21,527 nt of DNA from an uncultured archaeon (lineage in GTDB: Archaea; Aenigmatarchaeota; Aenigmatarchaeia; GW2011-AR5): NCBI GenBank assembly GCA_964373695.1, contig CAYJVT010000005.1:1-21527 (forward strand), given 5' to 3'. Shown piece after piece: positions 16,368 to 21,527 of the stretch. Under the pieces are notes generated by a model. That model saw only the letters and a list, made by a program, of their open reading frames with translations, did not search any database and had not been told where the DNA came from. The first letter of the stretch is position 1. Every line of letters begins with the position of its first letter. Made by a program: the position numbers and the translations under genes.

Positions 16368-17219
16368 ATGCGGAATGCCCTGGTATTCTTTATAGCTCTG
16401 ATGGCTGCAATGTCTCTTGCGCATATGGGAGAGGAAGCCAAGGAGCACGACATCGCCGAGGAGATGCCTATAGAGGACTGCTCAACGGAATCATGCTTCA
16501 TTGAAGACTCCGCCTCATACGGTTTGCTCGCCGCCGAAGCCGGGCTGGCTGTGCTGATTGCCGTTTCACTGCTTTGCATCGCGTTCAGGAAAAAGCTGAA
16601 GCGCAGCCACAAGAAAGCCGTTTTTGCCCTGATGGCTGCAACAATTATTGCCGTAACATCTTTCCTTGCGGTTTCAACCGTATACGCGAATTATTTCTCA
16701 TACTCGGGAGGCCCAGTCCACTGGCACGCGGACTACGAGATATGGATATGCGGGGAGAGGATGAGTCTTGATGAGTCGGAAGGGCTGGAGAACAAAGTCG
16801 GGACGCCTGTCTTCCACCATCACAATGACAACAGGATACATGTGGAGGGCGTGGTTATGAAAATGGAAGACATATACCTGGGGAAATTTTTCGAGGCGAT
16901 AGGCGGGCATCTAGACTCCGAATCCCTGAAGATAAGGCTCATTGACGGCTCCGTGAAAGAGTTCAGGAACGGCGATTTGTGCAGCGAAATCCCGTCAGGA
17001 ATAGCGGTTTTCGTAAATGACAGGGAAATTTTTGATTTTGATAAATATATATTGGCGCCTTATAGCACAGTGCCGCCGGGGGATTTCATCAACATAACAA
17101 CCATTCCTTTTCCTTTGCCTCCGACAGCTTCCTTGGAGCAAGACAATGAAATTCCTCCAGAAGAATTTACGAATATGATAAAAAAATTCGGGCTTCCGGC
17201 ATCTGGTGATAAAACATGA
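16368..17219 (+). CDS. His-rich membrane-anchored putative metal-binding protein
   Basis: Signal-like N-terminus, two TM segments, then HWHADYEIWICG...HHHNDNRIHVEG. TATA TTTATAT at 16339-16345 has leaderless spacing. Confidence 0.8.
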   Translation: MRNALVFFIALMAAMSLAHMGEEAKEHDIAEEMPIEDCSTESCFIEDSASYGLLAAEAGLAVLIAVSLLCIAFRKKLKRSHKKAVFALMAATIIAVTSFLAVSTVYANYFSYSGGPVHWHADYEIWICGERMSLDESEGLENKVGTPVFHHHNDNRIHVEGVVMKMEDIYLGKFFEAIGGHLDSESLKIRLIDGSVKEFRNGDLCSEIPSGIAVFVNDREIFDFDKYILAPYSTVPPGDFINITTIPFPLPPTASLEQDNEIPPEEFTNMIKKFGLPASGDKT

Positions 17220-17926
17220 CAGTTGAAGCAGCATTGCCGGCGCTTGGGACAGTTTTGTTTACTGCGGCGATCGACTCCATAAACCCGTGCGCTATAGGGG
17301 TTTTGATACTTCTTGTCTCGACAATGATAGCAAATTCGCAGAAAAGGGGCAGGATGATTTCGCTGGGCTTAGCATACGTTTTTGCCGTGTTCATCACTTA
17401 CATGCTTGCCGGGCTGGGCCTTATAGCGTTCCTTACCCGGATACCGCTTTTCGTGACCGAATACATATCGATTGCAGTGGGCATCGCAATAGCTGTCATG
17501 GGCATCGTCGAAATAAAGGACTACTTCTGGTACGGAAGGGGCTTCAGCCTCGCCATATCGCCAAAGATGGCAAAGACAATACACAGGAAGCTGCAAAACA
17601 TAAGCCTGCCTGGCGTTGTCCTGCTGGGCGCCTTCGTGGCCGCAGTAGAGCTGCCGTGCACCGGCGGCCCCTACCTTGCTATAACGGTTATACTTGCGCA
17701 GAACTTCGACGCGACGGCTTTCATGCTCCTTGTCCTGTACAACATAATCTTTATCCTGCCGCTCATCGCAATACTTGCAGCCGTCATTGGAGGCATGAAG
17801 ATAACAACGATAAAGAAATGGAAGCACAGGAACAGGCCTTACATGAGGCTTGCTACTGGAATACTGCTCGTCTTCCTGGCATGGCTGCTGATACTGATGG
17901 CAAACGGTTCGATAAATCTGGGATGA
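17216..17926 (+). CDS. CcdA/DsbD-type transmembrane thiol-disulfide electron transporter
   Basis: About six TM segments with both conserved Pro-Cys motifs (DSINPCAIGVL and VELPCTGGPY). Overlaps the upstream gene by 4 nt (ATGA). Confidence 0.85.
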   Translation: MTVEAALPALGTVLFTAAIDSINPCAIGVLILLVSTMIANSQKRGRMISLGLAYVFAVFITYMLAGLGLIAFLTRIPLFVTEYISIAVGIAIAVMGIVEIKDYFWYGRGFSLAISPKMAKTIHRKLQNISLPGVVLLGAFVAAVELPCTGGPYLAITVILAQNFDATAFMLLVLYNIIFILPLIAILAAVIGGMKITTIKKWKHRNRPYMRLATGILLVFLAWLLILMANGSINLG

Positions 17927-17936
17927 TGGTGATGGA

Positions 17937-18206
17937 ATGAAATGCGTCGTGAAAAGAAGAGGACATGAGGAGAAGTTCAGCGAGAAAAAGCTCTACACGA
18001 GCTGCTATTATGCATGCAAGAGCGCCCATCTTAGTACACTGGAATGCACGAAAATATCGAAGGAGATAACGGCTGCGGTGAAAAAAGGCATTGGCGGAAA
18101 GAAATGCGTCACTTCGCATGCTCTTCACATAGAAGTCCGCAGGCTCCTGAAAAAGCGCAATCCAGACGCGGCATTCATGTACGACACGCACAAGGACATC
18201 TCATAA
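17937..18206 (+). CDS. Stand-alone ATP-cone domain protein
   Basis: MKCVVKRRGHEEKFSEKKL matches the ATP-cone start motif VxKRxGxxExFxxxKL. 89 aa with no attached catalytic or zinc-ribbon domain. Confidence 0.8.
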   Translation: MKCVVKRRGHEEKFSEKKLYTSCYYACKSAHLSTLECTKISKEITAAVKKGIGGKKCVTSHALHIEVRRLLKKRNPDAAFMYDTHKDIS

Positions 18207-18237
18207 GAAATTTATATTAGAGGCGCAATGATTAGTT

Positions 18238-18435
18238 ATGGCAACGCTGGATGAAGTGAAGAGAAAGTACCTTGACGTGCTGTACCTTTTTGACAAGAGG
18301 CGAGGGACGCCGCACCACAAGATGTCCCTGGACATAATCTCGGACGAGCTGGAGGTTGCGAAGAAGAATTCGAATCTTGTGGATTTTGACGGCATGCTCA
18401 AGAGGCTTGAGGACATAGAGGTCGGGCTGAATTAA
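18238..18435 (+). CDS. Hypothetical small helical protein
   Basis: 65-aa ORF filling the gap between genes, with TTTATATT at 18211-18218 in leaderless spacing. Confidence 0.6.
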   Translation: MATLDEVKRKYLDVLYLFDKRRGTPHHKMSLDIISDELEVAKKNSNLVDFDGMLKRLEDIEVGLN

Positions 18436-18467
18436 CTTTATATATGAGGCGTGTGCACTACTTTTTA

Positions 18468-21400
18468 ATGCGGCGTATTGCTCTTGTAATGCTTGCATTC
18501 GTCCTTTCTATATCATCATATGCTCTTGCCCAAGACAACGGCACCCAGCAGCCATTCTGCCCGACAGCAAGCTGCGGGACATCGTCGTTGACATGCGGCG
18601 ACGGATTTGTCGCAACGTGTCAGAAGACATGTGACGAGGCATCGCGCTCGTGCACTGCGTGCACGCCTTCATGCGCCGAGCATGAACAGGTGCAGACATG
18701 TTCTGTGACTTCTGACGGCGTCTGCCCGTCTGGATGCGCAGCAGGCAGTGATGCTGACTGCTGCACGAACGCAGGAAAGAAATGGTACTCAGGCTATGGA
18801 TGCTACGACTCCAATGCGCCTGCACCAGGAACATGCTCGACTACATCCGACGGCGTCTGCCCATCGGGGTGCGCAGCGGGCTCTGACTACGACTGCTGCG
18901 CTAATTCGGGAAAGTACTGGTATGACAACGGCTGTTTCAACACTCCAAAACAAACTTCAACTTCTTCGAGCTCCTCGACGAATGCCTCTTCAGGGACAAC
19001 TTCATGCCCTTCTCCCCCTTCAGCTCCTGCATGCCAGCAATACCAATATCTTGAAACAAAATACGGTTCCAATAACTGCATAACTGGATACGAATGCAGA
19101 GATTCTTCACGACCCCAGACCTCATGTCCTACCGCTCCTTCGCCTCCAGCATGCAACGGCTATCTTGAAAACAGATTTGACAATAACGGCTGCGTTGTAG
19201 GCTACGAGTGCAGGACATCTACCAACGTAAACCAGCAGTGCGCCAACGTGGTAACGCCTGCAAGGGATGATGCCGGCAACTGCAAAGAATTCTCGAACTC
19301 GTGCATTCCTCCGGGGTGGCATCCTGTCGACAGGTGCGACAGTTTCAAGGCGCCGTTCTGCGGAGATGCCAGATGCGACGTAGGAGAGAACCCGCAGACA
19401 TGCTCACAGGACTGCAGCGGCAATGTGCAGACGCGGACGAGCCAGACATGCCCCGACGGCTCGCAGATCCAGTGCAAACAGGATGCTGACGGACGCACAT
19501 TCTGCGACCAGTGCCCTGTCCAGAACCTGCCACAGGGGTGCAGGCAGGAAAGAGATGATAAAGGATATGTAAGAGTCCTCTGCGAATCCAGGAGGACATG
19601 CCCCGAGATTTCGCAGGAAGTGAGGCTCAAATGCGTCGAGCAGAAAGGCATCCCGATATTCAAGAAAGACCCTTCCGGATGCGAACAGTTCTCGTGCCAG
19701 TTCGGCAATGAAGTATTGAACCCGTTCAGCGGCTACAACCAGTGCCCGCAGAAGGAGCAGATTGATGCTGAAATGAACAAGTGCGGCTCCCTCGGCCTGA
19801 GAGGCGCAATAGTGTTCGAAGGAGGATGTCAGATTGCGAGATGTATTGGGGAAAGGAGGGAGGAGCAGTGCATCCACGTTTCATCGCAGGAGAAGGAAAA
19901 GATAAGAAATGAATGCCTGGCGAAAGGATTTCAGGGAATAAGAAACCGCTTCGAGGGATGCAGGGAAATCATAGAATGTGCTTCAAGCAACCAAGGGCAG
20001 TATTCATGCCCCAAGGACATGCCGTCAGAGGCCTACCAGATGTGCAGTGAAAAGGGCGGCGAGCTCATAGTCCAGCGCAACCCCGAAGGGTGCATACAGT
20101 TCTCAAGATGTGTTGCCCCCGGCGACGCGTCAAATGTCTATGTTGAAAGGTCTTCGCGGGTGCTTGAAAGCTCCGAGCTTCTTTCCCTTGCGTTCAAGCT
20201 CGAGTCCCTCAATGTGGAGCTTGACAAGCTTGCCAAGCAGACCAATGACATAGCCGAATACTACAAATCGACGGGCTCCGCTGACGAAGGGAGATTCAGG
20301 CGCGTTTCAGACATGTTCGTTTCTGCAAAGGAGGAGTCCAATGGAATAAAGGACAAGATACGGAGCAAGATCGACTCGCTCACCGAAGACGACATGCTCG
20401 AGATAAAACGCGACCTGAAATACCTCAAGGACGTGATGATAAAGGACATACTCTATGTGATGCTCAGCAGCAATGAAGACGTTGAAGGATCTTCCGCTGA
20501 CTCTGAAGAATCTGGTGATGACTGCGGCACAGATGGCGCCTGCTTCGATGAGGCGTTCAGGCTGTGCAAGCCAATAACATTCGAGCCTGACAGGGAGGTC
20601 ACGGTCAGTATAGCCGGTCTTGATGGCGACAACTGCATACTGAAGGCAAAGATGAAGGAAGGAAAAGGGCCTCCAGCGGGCGTAATACCCGGAGTAAACC
20701 CGCCTTATGAAATGACATGCAAAATAAAGAATTACGCCCTCGGCATGAAGGGGCCTGAAGATATAATGCCTTTCTGCGAGGGCTCCATGGTCAAGCTCAT
20801 GGAACAGTTCGGGCCGAATGGCGAGAATATGCCGGGCGTTCCGGGCAAGTGTGAGGGCGAGGAATGCAAGGATTACTGCGGCAGGGGACAGACGGAGGCA
20901 AAGGAATGCCTCGAGAATCTAGGGCAGTATCTGCCTCCTGAAGCGAAGCAGGGGCTTGAGATGCTTGCTTCGGGCAAAGGCGGCTTCGGACGGCAGGGAT
21001 TCGACCAGGGATTTGAAGGCCAGAGCTTCCAGCAACAGGGCTACATGCCGCAGCAGATGATACGTCCCGAGCAGTGTGAATTCACGGACATGAGCGACGA
21101 GGAATGCGTTGACTACATACAGAAAAATCTCGGGCCTCCTTCGGAATGCAGGGGCCTCACGGACGCGCAGTGCAGGAAATTCCTGCTGAGGAAGTGGGAA
21201 AACCAGAAGCAGCAGCCTGTCCAGTCATACGGCGGGCCGCAGCAATTCCAGCAGAGAGGACAGCAATTTGACCAAAGAGGCTTCCAGGAACAGCAACAGT
21301 TTAAAGGACAGCAGGACTTCGGACAGCCTGTTAACCAGCAATTCCCACAGCAGCAGTATGGGCAGGGCGGATTCAACCAGCCGGTCCAGCAGTTTATCGA

Positions 21401-21527
21401 ACAAGACTATGGAAGATATGAAGGCGGGCCTCAGGGACAGCAGCAGTATGTACAACCTCAGCAGACAACTCAACAGCAGCAGTATGTACAACCTCAGCAG
21501 ACAACTCAACAGCAGCAGTATGTACAA
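18468..21527 (+). CDS. Large secreted Cys-rich protein with Gln-rich tail, 3'-partial (not in ORF track)
   Basis: Manually translated: 1020 codons with no stop up to the window end. Signal peptide MRRIALVMLAFVLSISSYALA. TATA TTTATATA at 18437-18444. Repeated Cys modules, a Cys-free helical region (~20160-20460) and a Q/G/F/Y/P-rich tail. Confidence 0.92.
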   Translation, partial: MRRIALVMLAFVLSISSYALAQDNGTQQPFCPTASCGTSSLTCGDGFVATCQKTCDEASRSCTACTPSCAEHEQVQTCSVTSDGVCPSGCAAGSDADCCTNAGKKWYSGYGCYDSNAPAPGTCSTTSDGVCPSGCAAGSDYDCCANSGKYWYDNGCFNTPKQTSTSSSSSTNASSGTTSCPSPPSAPACQQYQYLETKYGSNNCITGYECRDSSRPQTSCPTAPSPPACNGYLENRFDNNGCVVGYECRTSTNVNQQCANVVTPARDDAGNCKEFSNSCIPPGWHPVDRCDSFKAPFCGDARCDVGENPQTCSQDCSGNVQTRTSQTCPDGSQIQCKQDADGRTFCDQCPVQNLPQGCRQERDDKGYVRVLCESRRTCPEISQEVRLKCVEQKGIPIFKKDPSGCEQFSCQFGNEVLNPFSGYNQCPQKEQIDAEMNKCGSLGLRGAIVFEGGCQIARCIGERREEQCIHVSSQEKEKIRNECLAKGFQGIRNRFEGCREIIECASSNQGQYSCPKDMPSEAYQMCSEKGGELIVQRNPEGCIQFSRCVAPGDASNVYVERSSRVLESSELLSLAFKLESLNVELDKLAKQTNDIAEYYKSTGSADEGRFRRVSDMFVSAKEESNGIKDKIRSKIDSLTEDDMLEIKRDLKYLKDVMIKDILYVMLSSNEDVEGSSADSEESGDDCGTDGACFDEAFRLCKPITFEPDREVTVSIAGLDGDNCILKAKMKEGKGPPAGVIPGVNPPYEMTCKIKNYALGMKGPEDIMPFCEGSMVKLMEQFGPNGENMPGVPGKCEGEECKDYCGRGQTEAKECLENLGQYLPPEAKQGLEMLASGKGGFGRQGFDQGFEGQSFQQQGYMPQQMIRPEQCEFTDMSDEECVDYIQKNLGPPSECRGLTDAQCRKFLLRKWENQKQQPVQSYGGPQQFQQRGQQFDQRGFQEQQQFKGQQDFGQPVNQQFPQQQYGQGGFNQPVQQFIEQDYGRYEGGPQGQQQYVQPQQTTQQQQYVQPQQTTQQQQYVQ
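21438..21527 (+). repeat. Perfect 36-bp tandem repeat (at least 2.5 copies) encoding QQQYVQPQQTTQ
   Basis: The unit cagcagcagtatgtacaacctcagcagacaactcaa occurs at 21438 and 21474, and partially at 21510, running off the window. Confidence 0.95.

Noticed and set aside
17029-17060. Third copy of the TTTTTGAT intron element
   Set aside because: The 8-mer is present but is not followed by the inverted arms or core, and it lies inside a coding region.
17287-17940. 217-aa alternate-frame ORF over ccdA
   Set aside because: The CcdA frame has the conserved PC motifs and TM pattern; this frame has none.
21225-21527. Minus-strand Leu-rich ORF MYILLLLSCLLRL
   Set aside because: It is the antisense reading of the Gln repeat of the 18468 gene.

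Overview
Archaeal DNA, probably from a DPANN-type lineage (inferred from rpl37e/rps8e/Sm, BHB-type tRNA introns, leaderless TATA-driven genes and very large Cys-rich surface proteins). Positions 1-13657 hold an apparent operon of three surface proteins: a 5'-truncated Cys-rich protein of at least 996 aa, a 3419-aa single-pass membrane protein built from Ig-like, invasin-like and disulfide modules with a 482-bp near-exact internal duplication, and a Cys-rich pilin-like protein. Next is a tRNA-Lys(UUU) interrupted twice, by a D-loop insertion and a canonical 37/38 intron. Both inserts carry the same 30-nt hairpin element, in opposite orientations and with fully compensatory stems, which is the most unusual signal in the window. 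The Sm-rpl37e and rps8e-CDGSH units follow, then a metal/redox-flavoured cluster (membrane protein plus double-HTH regulator, His-rich membrane protein, CcdA/DsbD-type protein, ATP cone) containing two Cys-motif micro-ORFs (31 aa and 16 aa) absent from the ORF track. The window ends inside a secreted Cys-rich protein of at least 1020 aa with a Gln-rich tandem-repeat tail, also absent from the track. All family assignments come from motif recognition by eye; no database was searched.
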